Source: Acidobacteriota bacterium (GTDB lineage: Bacteria > Acidobacteriota > UBA6911 > RPQK01 > JADFOI01). From it: 64,000 bases of DNA. The DNA lies in NCBI GenBank assembly GCA_963663035.1, contig OY760074.1, forward strand, positions 1,472,001-1,536,000. The letters run 5' to 3'. Positions 1-10,718 of this stretch are shown here, one piece after another; within the stretch, counting starts at the first letter, position 1; every line of letters begins with the position of its first letter. The notes beneath the pieces were generated by a model, which searched no databases, was not told the origin of the DNA, and saw only the letters and a list, made by a program, of their open reading frames with translations. Both the position numbers and the translations under genes were made by a program.

Positions 1-1393
1 CCTTTTTCAGGAATCCTTCATAGTGGCGCATAATCAACTGCGACTCGACCTGCTGAACAGTATCCATCGCGACACCGACCACGATGAGCAGTGAAGTGCC
101 ACCAAAGTAAAAGGTCACACCCAGACCTGTGGTGATGTATCCCAAGCCATATTGGACCAAGAAGTTGTCAATCGATGGCCCAATAAAAGGGATCGGCTGA
201 ACCTTGAAGCCGGTAATGAGGAACTCCGGTAAAAGACAAACCAAAACCAGATAAATGGCACCTGCCGCTGTCAGGCGGCTCAGTGCTCGATCAATGAATT
301 CGGCGGTGCGCTTCCCAGGACGGATTCCGGGTATGTATCCCCCGTACTTCCTAATGTTGTCGGCGACTTCATCGGGGTTGAAGATAATACTGACATAGAA
401 GAAGCAGAAGAAGATGATTCCCGTGATGTAAAGGAGGTTGTAAAGAGGATAACCCTGCTGGAGCTGGGTGGACATCCCTTGCATCCACGGTGTCTCAAAG
501 ACCAGACCCAGAGTGGATGGAAAGGCCACAATAGAAGCCGCAAAGATCACCGGGATCACACCTCCCGAATTGACCTTCAAGGGAAGATGAGTAGCCTGCC
601 CCCCGTACATTTTTCGTCCCACCACTTTCTTGGCATACTGGATCGGAATCCTCCGCTGGCCCCGTTCAACAAAAACCACGGCGGCCGTCACCCCAACCAT
701 CAAAATCAATAGAAAAAGGATGCTAAAGATACTGCGCTCACCCGTCCCAATGGGCGGAGGCAAGCCCTGCCCCAGGGAGATCACGGCCGGGACCAGGCCC
801 ACTACGATGCCAGCGAAAATAATCAGCGAAATTCCATTTCCAATGCCGCGCTCGGATATCTGCTCCCCGATCCACATGACAAAAGCGGTTCCCGTGGTTA
901 AGGTCAGCATGGTCATGAGGATAAAGCCCCATCCGGGATTGGGGACGATGGGAGGATCGGCAGCCGTCCGCTGCAGGGCCAGTGATGTGGCGAAGCTCTG
1001 AAACAAGGCCAGGGCAACGGTCAGATAGCGCGTGTACTGGGTGATTTTCTTTCGACCCAGCTGCCCTTCCTTGGACAAGCGCTCCAGATAGGGCCACACC
1101 ACGGTCAACAGCTGCAGGATAATGGAGGCCGTGATGTAGGGCATAATGCCCAGAGCAAAGATCGACAGACGGCTCAAGTTCCCGCCAGAAAAGATGTCCA
1201 GAAAGCCGAAGATGGTGCCTGCCTGCTGTTCAAACAGCTGCTGGAGCGCCAGCGTGTCAACCCCGGGAGTGGGAATCCAGCTCCCCATGCGATATACGGC
1301 AAGCAGCCCCAACATGAACAGGAGGCGCGTACGCAGGTCAGGGATATTAATGACGTTCCGGAGACTACTTAGCAACGGGCCCATATTTGCCAT
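1..1393 (-). CDS. secY: Preprotein translocase SecY (3' end outside window)
   Basis: Manual translation gives SIFALGIMPYITASII, GIGNGISLIIFAGIV, GGYIPGIRPG, FGGTSLLIVVGV; ATG overlaps rplO TAA; open to window edge. Confidence 0.97.
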   Translation of the reverse strand, partial: MANMGPLLSSLRNVINIPDLRTRLLFMLGLLAVYRMGSWIPTPGVDTLALQQLFEQQAGTIFGFLDIFSGGNLSRLSIFALGIMPYITASIILQLLTVVWPYLERLSKEGQLGRKKITQYTRYLTVALALFQSFATSLALQRTAADPPIVPNPGWGFILMTMLTLTTGTAFVMWIGEQISERGIGNGISLIIFAGIVVGLVPAVISLGQGLPPPIGTGERSIFSILFLLILMVGVTAAVVFVERGQRRIPIQYAKKVVGRKMYGGQATHLPLKVNSGGVIPVIFAASIVAFPSTLGLVFETPWMQGMSTQLQQGYPLYNLLYITGIIFFCFFYVSIIFNPDEVADNIRKYGGYIPGIRPGKRTAEFIDRALSRLTAAGAIYLVLVCLLPEFLITGFKVQPIPFIGPSIDNFLVQYGLGYITTGLGVTFYFGGTSLLIVVGVAMDTVQQVESQLIMRHYEGFLKK

Positions 1394-1842
1394 TAACCGA
1401 GCACCTTTACAGTGCCACCCGCCTCTTCGATCTTCTTTCGGGCCGAGTTACTGAAATGATGTGCGTGAACGGTGAGCTTCTTCTCCAGTTTCCCTTCACC
1501 TAAGATGCGCAGACCATCCTCTATTTTTTTGAGGATCCCCTTCTCCAGGAGAAGCTCAGGTGTCACCGTGGTTCCTTCATCGAAACGGTTTAAGGTCTTG
1601 ACATTGAGGATGGCATATTTCCCGGAAAAAATATTGTGAAAGCCCCGCTTTGGGAGTCGCCGGTACAGAGGCATCTGGCCCCCTTCGAAGCCGGCTCGCT
1701 GGGAGTAACCGGAACGGGACTTCTGACCCTTGTCGCCCCGACCTGAGGTCTGGCCATGACCAGATCCCGGACCCCGTCCCACACGCTTGCGCTTTCTATT
1801 GGCTCCCCGGGCGGGAGTTAACCGATGCAACTCGATGCTCAC
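1393..1842 (-). CDS. rplO: 50S ribosomal protein L15
   Basis: [29 protein letters not shown]; operon order. Confidence 0.98.
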   Translation of the reverse strand: MSIELHRLTPARGANRKRKRVGRGPGSGHGQTSGRGDKGQKSRSGYSQRAGFEGGQMPLYRRLPKRGFHNIFSGKYAILNVKTLNRFDEGTTVTPELLLEKGILKKIEDGLRILGEGKLEKKLTVHAHHFSNSARKKIEEAGGTVKVLG

Positions 1843-2036
1843 TTCTCTTCCCCCTCAATAATCTGGATCAGGTGAGGAATCTTGGCGACAATGCCTCGCG
1901 TGGCCGGGTTGTCCGGACGCTCAACCACCTGGTTGAGTTTTTTGAGCCCCAGGCTCCGAAGGATTCTTCTTTGACTCTCCGGACAGCCGATTCTGCTGCG
2001 GAAATATTGGATTCGAATGGTCTTGCCTTTGGCCAT
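1839..2036 (-). CDS. rpmD: 50S ribosomal protein L30
   Basis: [22 protein letters not shown]; between rpsE and rplO. Confidence 0.96.
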   Translation of the reverse strand: MAKGKTIRIQYFRSRIGCPESQRRILRSLGLKKLNQVVERPDNPATRGIVAKIPHLIQIIEGEEK

Positions 2037-2530
2037 TACAAATCCTCAATCGCAATTCCACGAGTTTTGGCCACCTGAGCTGGACTGCGCAGCTGGAGCA
2101 ACCCTTGGAACGTTGCCTTGACGATGTTGCTGGGATTGGCTGAACCCAGCGATTTGGTCACCACGTCCTTGATCCCGGCCTTCTCCATGACGGCGCGAAC
2201 TGCACCGCCAGCGATCACACCTGTTCCTTCCTGGGCTGGTTTGAGCATCACGAGTCCTGCACCAAAGGTTCCCATTACCGCGTGGGGAATGGTGGAGCCA
2301 CTCATTGGAATTTCGACCAGGGTTCTCTTGGCCTTGTCGATTCCTTTGCGAATCGCTGCCGGGACCTCCTTTGCCTTACCCATGCCATATCCCACACGTC
2401 CCTGCTGATCACCCACAACCACCAGGGCACTGAAGCTCAGATTCTTTCCACCCTTGACGACCTTGGTCACTCGATTGATCGATATGACTTGATCTGTAAC
2501 TTCTCCTCTTGCTTTCTCTTTTTCAACCAT
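2036..2530 (-). CDS. rpsE: 30S ribosomal protein S5
   Basis: [24 protein letters not shown]. Confidence 0.98.
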   Translation of the reverse strand: MVEKEKARGEVTDQVISINRVTKVVKGGKNLSFSALVVVGDQQGRVGYGMGKAKEVPAAIRKGIDKAKRTLVEIPMSGSTIPHAVMGTFGAGLVMLKPAQEGTGVIAGGAVRAVMEKAGIKDVVTKSLGSANPSNIVKATFQGLLQLRSPAQVAKTRGIAIEDL

Positions 2531-2539
2531 GAATTCTTC

Positions 2540-2908
2540 CTAGAACTGCAGACCGGCTTCCCGGGCGGCTTCCGCCAAGGCCTTCACGCGGCCGTGATAG
2601 AGATATCCACTGCGATCAAAAACCACCTTCTTGACCCCGCTCTCGAGCGCCTTCTGGGCAATGGCTTGACCCGCTTTCTTGGCTGCCTCCATATTGTTGC
2701 TATTTTTGAGCTTCTTACCGTCTATCTTCAACGTCGACACCCCGGCGATGACTTTTCCCTGATCATCAGCAACCAACTGCGCATACATGTGCCTGAGACT
2801 CCGAAAGACACACAGTCTGGGATGCTCCTCTGTTCCCCTGAGCTTGCTTCGAATCTTCTTGCGAACCTTCAGTCTTCTCACTCTTCTGGTTAACTGCTTG
2901 CCCATCAA
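2540..2908 (-). CDS. rplR: 50S ribosomal protein L18
   Basis: [34 protein letters not shown]. Confidence 0.98.
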   Translation of the reverse strand: MMGKQLTRRVRRLKVRKKIRSKLRGTEEHPRLCVFRSLRHMYAQLVADDQGKVIAGVSTLKIDGKKLKNSNNMEAAKKAGQAIAQKALESGVKKVVFDRSGYLYHGRVKALAEAAREAGLQF

Positions 2909-3465
2909 ACCCCTTTCTTGCCGACCTTCAACCTGACCAGTTCGTCGGCATAACGGAGACCCTTTCCCTTATAGGGATCGGGGCGACGCAGCAATCGAAT
3001 TTCAGCGGCAACCTGCCCAACACGTTGTTTGTCCCTTCCGCTCACCACGATGGAGGCAACATAGTTCGAAATGGGTTTCTTGCTCCGCTGAACCTGGATT
3101 TCGATTCCCTCTGAGATGGGGAACTCGATGGTGTGGGCAAATCCCAGACTGAGGTTGAGAGCCTTGCCCTTGACCTCGGCTCGATATCCAATCCCTACAA
3201 GATCCAATTCCTTCGAAAACCCTTTGGTGACTCCCAAAACTGCATTGGCCAACAGGGAACGAGTCAATCCGTGCAGAGCCCTCGCCTGTTTTGTTTCACT
3301 GTCTCGATGGGCCACCAGTTGACCATCCGTCAACTCAACCCTGATCGAGGATGGCACAGAAGTCTTCAGGATTCCCAAAGGTCCCTCGACCCGGACATGC
3401 TCCTTCTCTATGTTGACTTTGACAGTCGACGGAATCTCAATTTCTTGTTTTCCAACACGCGACAT
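2905..3465 (-). CDS. rplF: 50S ribosomal protein L6
   Basis: [19 protein letters not shown]. Confidence 0.98.
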   Translation of the reverse strand: MSRVGKQEIEIPSTVKVNIEKEHVRVEGPLGILKTSVPSSIRVELTDGQLVAHRDSETKQARALHGLTRSLLANAVLGVTKGFSKELDLVGIGYRAEVKGKALNLSLGFAHTIEFPISEGIEIQVQRSKKPISNYVASIVVSGRDKQRVGQVAAEIRLLRRPDPYKGKGLRYADELVRLKVGKKGV

Positions 3466-3479
3466 AAGTCTCTCTCTTA

Positions 3480-3752
3480 GTGCCTCGTTTCACAAATACG
3501 GTAACGTTTGTGTCGAGCGCGACGGCGTCGAGTTCGCGAAGCGACGACGACGCGATGTCTGTGCGCATCGCGGAGGAGGAGGGACAAAGGAATCGATGCC
3601 GTCCCGCCGCCACCCTTTGGGCTAAAGGGGTTGCGGGCGATCTCTGTGTCCCTTTGTCGTCGCCGATGTCCCAGCATCGCCTCCTCCTCGCTCCTTAATC
3701 TCGCCTCGCAAGCCCTTTCAGCAAACGTCATCGTATTTGTGAAGCGAGGCAC
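3480..3752. mobile_element. Family A MITE-like palindromic element, copy A1 (273 bp), between rpsH and rplF
   Basis: 31-bp terminal inverted repeats (3480-3510 / 3722-3752, 3 mismatches); flanked by TTA direct repeat (3477-3479, 3753-3755 = rpsH stop); homologous to 32352-32624 and 58657-58928. Confidence 0.85.
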
Positions 3753-4151
3753 TTAGTACACTTCACACAAGATTTCGCCGCCAACACCCTTTTCTCTGGC
3801 CTTCTTGCCCGTCAAAACACCGCTGGAGGTGGAAAGAATATTGATTCCCAGACCTCCCAATACCAGTGGGATGTCATCCTTCCTGGTGTAGACCCGCCGA
3901 CCCGGCTTGCTGACTCGCTTGAGACACCGGATGATGGGCTCTTGAGAGGCCTGGTATTTCAGGTGGACGGTCAAAGTAGCAAAAGGCTGTGTATGATTCA
4001 CTGAATGTCCAAAGATATAGCCTTCTTCCTCCAGGATCTTGACAATCTCTACCTTGGTATTGGAAAAGGGGAGTTCCACGGTCTCAAACCTGGCCATCTG
4101 GGCATTGCGAATGCGAGTCAAGAGATCGGCAATAGGATCCGTCATTGACAT
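3753..4151 (-). CDS. rpsH: 30S ribosomal protein S8
   Basis: MTDPIADLLTRIRNA, RVSKPGRRVY, GVGGEILCEVY. Confidence 0.98.
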   Translation of the reverse strand: MSMTDPIADLLTRIRNAQMARFETVELPFSNTKVEIVKILEEEGYIFGHSVNHTQPFATLTVHLKYQASQEPIIRCLKRVSKPGRRVYTRKDDIPLVLGGLGINILSTSSGVLTGKKAREKGVGGEILCEVY

Positions 4152-4169
4152 TGTTCTAGCACTCCTTTA

Positions 4170-4355
4170 CTACCAACTGGCCTTGGTGACCCCGGGGATC
4201 TCGCCTTGCAGGGCCAGTTGTCGAAAACAGATTCTGCACAGTTCAAATTTCCGTAAGTAACCTCGAGATCTTCCGCATCGCTGGCATCGCGAGTAGCCGC
4301 GAGTTGAGAACTTGGGGCGCCTCTTTTGCTTGGCGATCAGTGATTTTTTGGCCAT
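4170..4355 (-). CDS. rpsN: 30S ribosomal protein S14, 61-aa Zn-binding (type Z)
   Basis: CQRCGR...[18 protein letters not shown]. Confidence 0.98.
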   Translation of the reverse strand: MAKKSLIAKQKRRPKFSTRGYSRCQRCGRSRGYLRKFELCRICFRQLALQGEIPGVTKASW

Positions 4356-4364
4356 AAATTTCCT

Positions 4365-4931
4365 CTAGATCACAGCTGCCTGGGGTTCTTCAATCCGGGC
4401 AAAGGGCATTCCCATCTGAGCCAGCAGAAAGTGGGCCTCTTTATCCACCTTGGCACTCGTCACCAGCGTGATGTTCATTCCGTGTATCTGCTCGGTTTTT
4501 CCCATATCGAGTTCCGGGAAAATGAATTGATCCGTTATTCCCAGGGTGTAGTTGCCTCTCCCGTCAAAAGCACGAGCAGAAAGACCTCGGAAGTCACGGA
4601 CCCGAGGGAGGGCAATGCTGACCAGGCGATCAAGAAACTCATACATTCGCTCCCCTCGGATGGTCACCATGACCCCAATGGGCATCCCTTGACGGAGCTT
4701 AAACGTAGCAATGGCCTGTCGGGCCATCCGGATGATCGGCTTCTGGCCAGTGATGGCGGTCAGTTCTGCCGAAGCGGCATCCAGCAGCTTGGGCTCGCGA
4801 ATGGCGGCGCCCAGACCAACATTGATGACGACTTTCACCAGCCTGGGCACTTCCATGATGCTTTTGTAGTGAAACTCCTGCATCAAAGCAGGGACGATCT
4901 TTTCCTGGTATTTCTCCGCCAGTCGTGCCAT
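4365..4931 (-). CDS. rplE: 50S ribosomal protein L5
   Basis: [21 protein letters not shown]. Confidence 0.98.
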   Translation of the reverse strand: MARLAEKYQEKIVPALMQEFHYKSIMEVPRLVKVVINVGLGAAIREPKLLDAASAELTAITGQKPIIRMARQAIATFKLRQGMPIGVMVTIRGERMYEFLDRLVSIALPRVRDFRGLSARAFDGRGNYTLGITDQFIFPELDMGKTEQIHGMNITLVTSAKVDKEAHFLLAQMGMPFARIEEPQAAVI

Positions 4932-4949
4932 GGCTCTTTCTCTCTCTGC

Positions 4950-5270
4950 CTACTTGTCGATCGTGCCCTCGCACTTCTTACAGATTCGCACCTTCTGCCC
5001 ATCTGTCAGCAGCTTGTATCCGACTCTTGTCGGTTTGCTGCACTCCCGGCAAATCACCATCAGATTGGAAAGGCGCAGCGGGGATTCTCTCTCTACAACT
5101 CCCCCCTTAAGATTCTTTTGGGGATTGGGACGAGTATGCCTTTTAAGCATGTTAAGATTCTCAACCACAGCCCGCTCCCCACCCTTGGCAATGCGCAAGA
5201 CCTTTCCCCTCTTTCCACGGTCTTTCCCGGCCAGAACAACAACCTCATCATCTCTCTTGATATGTAACAT
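4950..5270 (-). CDS. rplX: 50S ribosomal protein L24
   Basis: KOW motif [15 protein letters not shown]. Confidence 0.98.
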   Translation of the reverse strand: MLHIKRDDEVVVLAGKDRGKRGKVLRIAKGGERAVVENLNMLKRHTRPNPQKNLKGGVVERESPLRLSNLMVICRECSKPTRVGYKLLTDGQKVRICKKCEGTIDK

Positions 5271-5276
5271 ATTCGT

Positions 5277-5645
5277 TCACAGGACTTCGGGCGCCAGCGA
5301 CACGATTTTCAAGAAGCGCCGCTCGCGTAATTCCCGGGCTACCGGCCCAAAAACACGGGTTCCAATGGGCTCTTTTTGGGCGTCAATAAGGACTGCCGCG
5401 TTCTCGTCAAACTTGATGTAGGTCCCATCCCGGCGCCGAGCATTTCTGCGCATTCGCACGATGACGGCCTTGACCACCTCTCCCTTCTTGACTGCTCCAT
5501 CCGGACTGGCCTCTTTTACAGAAGCCGTGATCACATCTCCCAACCCGGCAACCCGTCCGGTGCCGCCACCCACTGGAAGAATGCAGGCCAACTTCCGAGC
5601 ACCTGAGTTGTCCGCTACCGCTAGCTTGGTCCGCATCTGGATCAT
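5277..5645 (-). CDS. rplN: 50S ribosomal protein L14
   Basis: [27 protein letters not shown]. Confidence 0.98.
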   Translation of the reverse strand: MIQMRTKLAVADNSGARKLACILPVGGGTGRVAGLGDVITASVKEASPDGAVKKGEVVKAVIVRMRRNARRRDGTYIKFDENAAVLIDAQKEPIGTRVFGPVARELRERRFLKIVSLAPEVL

Positions 5646-5649
5646 ATTG

Positions 5650-5910
5650 TCACCCTTTCGCCTTCTCGAGAATCTCCGCTACAACCCAGTGTTTCCGCTT
5701 ACTCAAGGGACGAGTTTCCTCAAGCTTGACCTTATCTCCCACCTGGCAGGCGTTCTCTTCATCATGAGCCATAAACTTTCGGGTGCGACGGATCGTCTTG
5801 CCATAAAAAGGATGGGCAAAGAGTCGGTCAACAGCCACCACCACGGACTTTTCCATTCCGTCCGAAACCACTCGCCCAACTTTGGTGCTCCTCGTCTTAG
5901 GGGAACTCAT
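5650..5910 (-). CDS. rpsQ: 30S ribosomal protein S17
   Basis: [22 protein letters not shown]. Confidence 0.98.
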   Translation of the reverse strand: MSSPKTRSTKVGRVVSDGMEKSVVVAVDRLFAHPFYGKTIRRTRKFMAHDEENACQVGDKVKLEETRPLSKRKHWVVAEILEKAKG

Positions 5911-6107
5911 CGAGTCAGCTCCTTTTCCTTTTCCGTCAATACTGTCTTGATTCGGGCCAGGTCCCTGCGAACCTGTCCTATCTTCATCACATTCTCCAGT
6001 TGCCCGGTCGCCTTCTGAAGCCGCAGGCGGAATAGCTGTTCTGAAGAGGCTGCCGCCTCAGTCTCCAGCTCTTCCTTGGACATTTCTCTTAATTTTTCAG
6101 CTTTCAT
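5907..6107 (-). CDS. rpmC: 50S ribosomal protein L29
   Basis: [25 protein letters not shown]. Confidence 0.97.
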   Translation of the reverse strand: MKAEKLREMSKEELETEAAASSEQLFRLRLQKATGQLENVMKIGQVRRDLARIKTVLTEKEKELTR

Positions 6108-6520
6108 TTTGAACCGTACCGGCCCACCACCCTGGTTTTCAGTGACAGCTTCTGTGAGGCCAACCTCAGCGCCTCACGGGCAACCTCTTCAGTCAAACCG
6201 TCCACCTCGTAAAGAATCCTGCCGGGTCGAATCACCGCCACCCATCCTTCCGGAGCTCCTTTTCCTTTTCCCATCCGAGTTTCTGCAGGCTTCTTGGTAA
6301 AGGGCTTATCCGGGAAAATGCGGATCCACACCTTGCCACCTCGCTTTGCATAGCGAGTAATGGCAATTCGCGCAGCCTCAATTTGCCGATTCGAGATTCT
6401 TCCCGGTTCCAGAGCTTTCAGACCATACTCACCAAAAGCGACGGTGTATCCGCCACTGGCCTTACCCTTTGTACGACCCTTCTGCTGCTTTCGATACTTC
6501 ACCTTCTTGGGCATTAACAT
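6104..6520 (-). CDS. rplP: 50S ribosomal protein L16
   Basis: [20 protein letters not shown]. Confidence 0.98.
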   Translation of the reverse strand: MLMPKKVKYRKQQKGRTKGKASGGYTVAFGEYGLKALEPGRISNRQIEAARIAITRYAKRGGKVWIRIFPDKPFTKKPAETRMGKGKGAPEGWVAVIRPGRILYEVDGLTEEVAREALRLASQKLSLKTRVVGRYGSK

Positions 6521-6522
6521 GA

Positions 6523-7173
6523 TTAGGCCCCACTGGGTTGGTCTTGTTGCTCATAGATATCACCTTTATAGACCCAAACCTTTACGCCGATCACCCCGTA
6601 GCTGGTAAAAGCTTCAGCAAATCCATAATCGATATCCGCTCTGATCGTATGTAAGGCTAACCGGCCTTGCAGATACCACTCCGCACGGGAGATTTCCGCT
6701 CCATTGAGTCTTCCTGCACAGCGCACTTTGATGCCTTTGGCACCAAACCTCACACTCGTATCCACGGCCCGGCGCATCGCTCTTCGAAAGGCCACTCGCT
6801 TCACCAGCTGCTGGGCAATCGATTCGGCAACCAGCTGGGCTTCCAGCTCCGGCTTACGCACTTCCTGAATATTGATATACACTTCTCTTCCGGTGGTCAC
6901 CTGGAGATCACTCTTGAGCTTGTCAATCTCACTTCCCTTGCGACCAATAATGATCCCGGGGCGAGAAGTATGCACGATGACTGTCAACTTGTTGGCCGCT
7001 CGTTCGATCTCAATACGGGAGATCCCGGCGTGGAAAAAACGATGTTTCAGTTGGGCCTTGATCTTCAGGTCCTCGTGCAACAATTTCCCATAGTTTTTAG
7101 TGGCGAACCACCTGGACTTCCAGGTCAGGTGATGGCCAAGCCGAAATCCGTAAGGATGGACTTTTTGACCCAC
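6523..7173 (-). CDS. rpsC: 30S ribosomal protein S3
   Basis: [21 protein letters not shown]; GTG start. Confidence 0.98.
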   Translation of the reverse strand: MGQKVHPYGFRLGHHLTWKSRWFATKNYGKLLHEDLKIKAQLKHRFFHAGISRIEIERAANKLTVIVHTSRPGIIIGRKGSEIDKLKSDLQVTTGREVYINIQEVRKPELEAQLVAESIAQQLVKRVAFRRAMRRAVDTSVRFGAKGIKVRCAGRLNGAEISRAEWYLQGRLALHTIRADIDYGFAEAFTSYGVIGVKVWVYKGDIYEQQDQPSGA

Positions 7174-7175
7174 GT

Positions 7176-7532
7176 TTACTCCTTTTCATCCTCTCCATCC
7201 GAAACTCGGATGGTGATGTGCTTTTGATGTCTTCGCTCTCGAAAGGCACGTCCCTGTGGAGCAGGCCGCATTCGCCATTTCCACTTGGTAGAGCCCAAAT
7301 TCACAAACGCCTCCTTCACGAAGAGTTCTTCCAGACTGACAGCCGCAGACTTCACCTCTGCATTGGCAATGGCCGAACGCAGGACCTTTTCAATCGCCTT
7401 GGCTGCACCTTTCGGAGAAAACTGCAGAATACCCAAGGCCTGCTCGACCTTCTTCCCTCGAATGAGATCGATGACCAATCGTGCCTTCTGTGAAGAACCT
7501 TTCACGTATTTTGCCGTGGCCGTCGCTTCCAT
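7176..7532 (-). CDS. rplV: 50S ribosomal protein L22
   Basis: [28 protein letters not shown]. Confidence 0.97.
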   Translation of the reverse strand: MEATATAKYVKGSSQKARLVIDLIRGKKVEQALGILQFSPKGAAKAIEKVLRSAIANAEVKSAAVSLEELFVKEAFVNLGSTKWKWRMRPAPQGRAFRERRHQKHITIRVSDGEDEKE

Positions 7533-7549
7533 GATTTCTCACGCCCTGG

Positions 7550-7837
7550 CTATCTCAACCGGGCAGCCTTCTCCCTTTTGCCGGTATGACCCCTAAAAGT
7601 TCTGGTCGGTGAAAACTCTCCCAGTTTATGCCCCACCATGTTTTCAGTAATAAAGATGGGGATAAACTTTCTTCCGTTGTGCACCGCAATGGTATGCCCG
7701 ACCATCTCCGGAATAATGGTCGACCTCCGGGACCAGCTTTTGATGACGATCCTCTCATTGGTTTCATTTAAGTGCTTGATCTTCTTGAGAAGATGATCGT
7801 CCAGAAACGGTCCCTTTTTTACTGATCTCGGCATCAA
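7550..7837 (-). CDS. rpsS: 30S ribosomal protein S19
   Basis: [23 protein letters not shown]. Confidence 0.98.
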   Translation of the reverse strand: MMPRSVKKGPFLDDHLLKKIKHLNETNERIVIKSWSRRSTIIPEMVGHTIAVHNGRKFIPIFITENMVGHKLGEFSPTRTFRGHTGKREKAARLR

Positions 7838-7844
7838 AATTCCC

Positions 7845-7870
7845 CTGTCAGTTGTCAGCTGTCAGCTGTT
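7845..7870. repeat. Heptamer tandem repeat (YTGTCAG)x3.5
   Basis: ctgtcag ttgtcag ctgtcag ctgtt in the rplB-rpsS spacer. Confidence 0.8.
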
Positions 7871-7873
7871 CTC

Positions 7874-8701
7874 TTACCTCTTCTTGCGTCTACGCACAAT
7901 AAACTGTTCCGTTCTCTTGTTGTTGCGGGTCCTGAAGCCCTTGGTTTTCCAGCCCCATGGTGAGCAGGGATGGCGTCCTCCCGATGCCTTGCCCTCACCT
8001 CCACCCATAGGATGGTCTACCGGGTTCATGGCAACACCCCGCACCGAGGGCCGTCGTCCACGCCAGCGATTTGCTCCCGCTTTTCCGAGGGTCACATTCT
8101 CATAATCCAGGTTTCCAATCTGGCCCACGCTAGCCCGGCACAGAATGTGTACCCTCCGAACTTCCCCAGAAGGCAGCTTGATCTGGACGTAGTTTCCCTC
8201 TTTCGCCACCAGCTGTGCTGATGCTCCGGCACAGCGCGCTAACTGCCCGCCTCTTCCCCGAGTCAATTCGATGTTGTGAATGATCGTCCCCAGCGGGATA
8301 CTAATCATGGGCAAATTGTTTCCGGGCACAATGTCGGAGTCGGGTCCAGACATCACCTGATCGCCCGGACTCAAGCCCAGGGGAGCCAGGATGTACCGTT
8401 TCTCCCCATCCACGTAGTGCAATCGAGCGATTCGAGCGCTCCGGTTGGGATCGTACTCGATGGCAACGATGGTGGCCGGGATTCCATCTTTATCCCGCTT
8501 GTAATCAATGAGTCGATACTTGCGTTTGTGACCTCCCCCGCGACGCCTGACCGCAATACTTCCATGGTCATTCCGACCACTGATTCTCTTTTTTCCACGA
8601 GTCAAACTCTTGAGGGGCTTGATATCAGTCAGGCCCTCCTGGTTTTGAACGGTCCGAAAGCGAGACCCCGGAGATGTGGGCTTGAAGCGCTTAATACCCA
8701 T
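7874..8701 (-). CDS. rplB: 50S ribosomal protein L2
   Basis: [25 protein letters not shown]. Confidence 0.99.
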   Translation of the reverse strand: MGIKRFKPTSPGSRFRTVQNQEGLTDIKPLKSLTRGKKRISGRNDHGSIAVRRRGGGHKRKYRLIDYKRDKDGIPATIVAIEYDPNRSARIARLHYVDGEKRYILAPLGLSPGDQVMSGPDSDIVPGNNLPMISIPLGTIIHNIELTRGRGGQLARCAGASAQLVAKEGNYVQIKLPSGEVRRVHILCRASVGQIGNLDYENVTLGKAGANRWRGRRPSVRGVAMNPVDHPMGGGEGKASGGRHPCSPWGWKTKGFRTRNNKRTEQFIVRRRKKR

Positions 8702-8706
8702 AGATC

Positions 8707-9009
8707 TTACACACCTTCAAAAAACTCAATAGACTTTTGGCCCGGTTTCAAGGTGACATAGGCCTTCTTCCAACCCGGTCGTCGACCTGAAGTTTGTCCC
8801 TGTCTCTTTATTTTTCCCAGAAAATTGGCCGTCCTCACCTTCTCCACCTTAACCTCAAAGATCTGCTCAACCGCCTCTTTGATGCGTTGCTTGTTAGCAC
8901 TTTTGCGCACCTGAAAGGCAATGACCCGGCCATCGCTCTGTTCTTTTCTGAGTGTGCTTTTCTCCGTTACGTGCGGATAACGCAGAATGTCGAAAGGTCC
9001 TTCCGTCAT
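8707..9009 (-). CDS. rplW: 50S ribosomal protein L23
   Basis: [15 protein letters not shown]. Confidence 0.97.
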   Translation of the reverse strand: MTEGPFDILRYPHVTEKSTLRKEQSDGRVIAFQVRKSANKQRIKEAVEQIFEVKVEKVRTANFLGKIKRQGQTSGRRPGWKKAYVTLKPGQKSIEFFEGV

Positions 9010-9644
9010 CTCTGCAGCACCTCCTGAAGTGCCAAGATGGCACGTTTGGTGACCAGAAAGTGTCGGCAGTTCAAGAGATCATAAACGTTCAATCCCCCCG
9101 TAGCCACCAACTTCATCCCAGGCACATTTCGAGAGCTCAAGTAGAGATTCCGATTCTCGCGATCATCCATCAGCAACACTTTCTTATCCAGCTTAAAGTT
9201 CTCCAGGATGCCTAAGAAGTCCTTGGTTCGATGAGACTCTAAAGAGAAATCTTCCAGGACCGTTAGACTCTCGCTTCTCAATTTATCGCTGAGCACGAGT
9301 TTCATGGCACCGCGTCGTTTCTTCTTGGGAAAAGCCTGTGTGTAATCGCGGGGAGTCGGCCCATGAGTTATCCCCCCTGCCCTCCAAAGAGGGCTGCGGA
9401 TCGTTCCTGCTCGAGCCCGGCCTGTCCCTTTTTGTCTCCAGGGCTTTCTTCCCCCGCCCCGCACCTGTCCACGCCCCTTGGTGGCATGAGTCCCTTTGCG
9501 CTGGGCTGCCAGATAGGCTCTCACCGCTTCCCAGACAAGCGTCTCACTGGCGCTATAGTCGAATACCTGATCGGCTAGCTCCAACTTTTCGACCACCTTG
9601 TTTTCCAGATTCTTCACTTCAACTTCGGCCATACTCTTTGCCAC
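9006..9644 (-). CDS. rplD: 50S ribosomal protein L4
   Basis: KPWRQKGTGRARAG; start may be 9632. Confidence 0.98.
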   Translation of the reverse strand: MAKSMAEVEVKNLENKVVEKLELADQVFDYSASETLVWEAVRAYLAAQRKGTHATKGRGQVRGGGRKPWRQKGTGRARAGTIRSPLWRAGGITHGPTPRDYTQAFPKKKRRGAMKLVLSDKLRSESLTVLEDFSLESHRTKDFLGILENFKLDKKVLLMDDRENRNLYLSSRNVPGMKLVATGGLNVYDLLNCRHFLVTKRAILALQEVLQR

Positions 9645-10310
9645 TTATTCAGCAGATCCGGTTTCTTTTGACGGTCCTTCCAGGGAAGGAGTGATAGACA
9701 CATAGCCGCCACGGCTACCGGGAATTGCTCCTTTGACCAACAACAGATGATCTTCTTCCCAAATTTCAACCACTTTCAAATTGCGGACCGTGCAACGCTT
9801 GTTCCCCATCCTCCCGGGCATTTTCATGCCCGGCATAACCCGGCTGGGATAAGCACTGGCGCCGATGGATCCGGGCGCCCGGTGAAACATGGAACCATGG
9901 GTAGCCTTCCCCCCGTGGTGCCCGTGGCGTTTCATCACGCCTTGAAATCCGCGCCCAATGGTTTGGCCCATGACATCCACCACGTCATTCGCTTGAAAGA
10001 GGTTTTGAACCAGGACCTGATCACCGACGTTGACCTGGTCCTCTTTGCTCTCAGTAAAGGAGAACTCTTTCAAAAGGCGCGTCGGGGGGACGCCGGCCTT
10101 CTTGAAGTGGCCCTCCAACGGCTTGGTGATGTGTCGTTTCTTGCGCTCTACCAAACCTAGCTGAACTGAGTCGTAGCCCTCCTTCTCCAAGGTCTTCTTT
10201 TGTACTACGATGCAGGGTCCGGCCTGAATCACAGTCACAGGAATGGCGTTGCCGTCTTCGTCAAAGATCTGCGTCATTCCCAGCTTTTTCCCGAGTAGGC
10301 CTTCCACCAT
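9645..10310 (-). CDS. rplC: 50S ribosomal protein L3
   Basis: [29 protein letters not shown]. Confidence 0.98.
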   Translation of the reverse strand: MVEGLLGKKLGMTQIFDEDGNAIPVTVIQAGPCIVVQKKTLEKEGYDSVQLGLVERKKRHITKPLEGHFKKAGVPPTRLLKEFSFTESKEDQVNVGDQVLVQNLFQANDVVDVMGQTIGRGFQGVMKRHGHHGGKATHGSMFHRAPGSIGASAYPSRVMPGMKMPGRMGNKRCTVRNLKVVEIWEEDHLLLVKGAIPGSRGGYVSITPSLEGPSKETGSAE

Positions 10311-10313
10311 GGC

Positions 10314-10640
10314 TTATTCCTTTTCCGTTCCGAAAGCTTTAATCTCCACATCGATGGCTGCCGGGAGATCCAACTTCATCAGTGCATCCACTGTTTGAGG
10401 AGTCGGCTCTAGAATGTCCACCAGTCGTTTATGCGTCCGAATCTCGAATTGCTCTCGTGACTTCTTGTCCACATGAGGCGAGCGCAGGACAGTATATCGG
10501 CTGATGGTTGTGGGCAAGGGCACGGGTCCGGAGACGCGTGCGCCCGTCCGCTTGGCGATTGCCACGATCTCAGTGGCCGATCGATCCAACACTCGATGAT
10601 CGTATGCTTTCAATCGAATTCTTATTTTCTCGTCAAGCAT
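10314..10640 (-). CDS. rpsJ: 30S ribosomal protein S10
   Basis: [24 protein letters not shown]. Confidence 0.99.
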   Translation of the reverse strand: MLDEKIRIRLKAYDHRVLDRSATEIVAIAKRTGARVSGPVPLPTTISRYTVLRSPHVDKKSREQFEIRTHKRLVDILEPTPQTVDALMKLDLPAAIDVEIKAFGTEKE

Positions 10641-10718
10641 GGGTCTTCAGGATCCTAGGATTTACAATCCCCTTCTATAGATTCTGGATTCTCTCTCCTG
10701 CCTCCTGACTCCTACCTC

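Noticed and set aside
1-1393. secY missing from the ORF track, suggesting a pseudogene
   Set aside because: The frame is open; its stop lies outside the window.
3477-3752. 91-aa ORFs spanning family A copies (also 32349-32624, 58600-58959)
   Set aside because: Reading frames shift between copies (QRDTEIARNPF vs RATQRPPATPF; A3 in other frames) and there is no RBS; the similarity reflects the DNA repeat. A1 is in frame with rpsH but separated by TAA.
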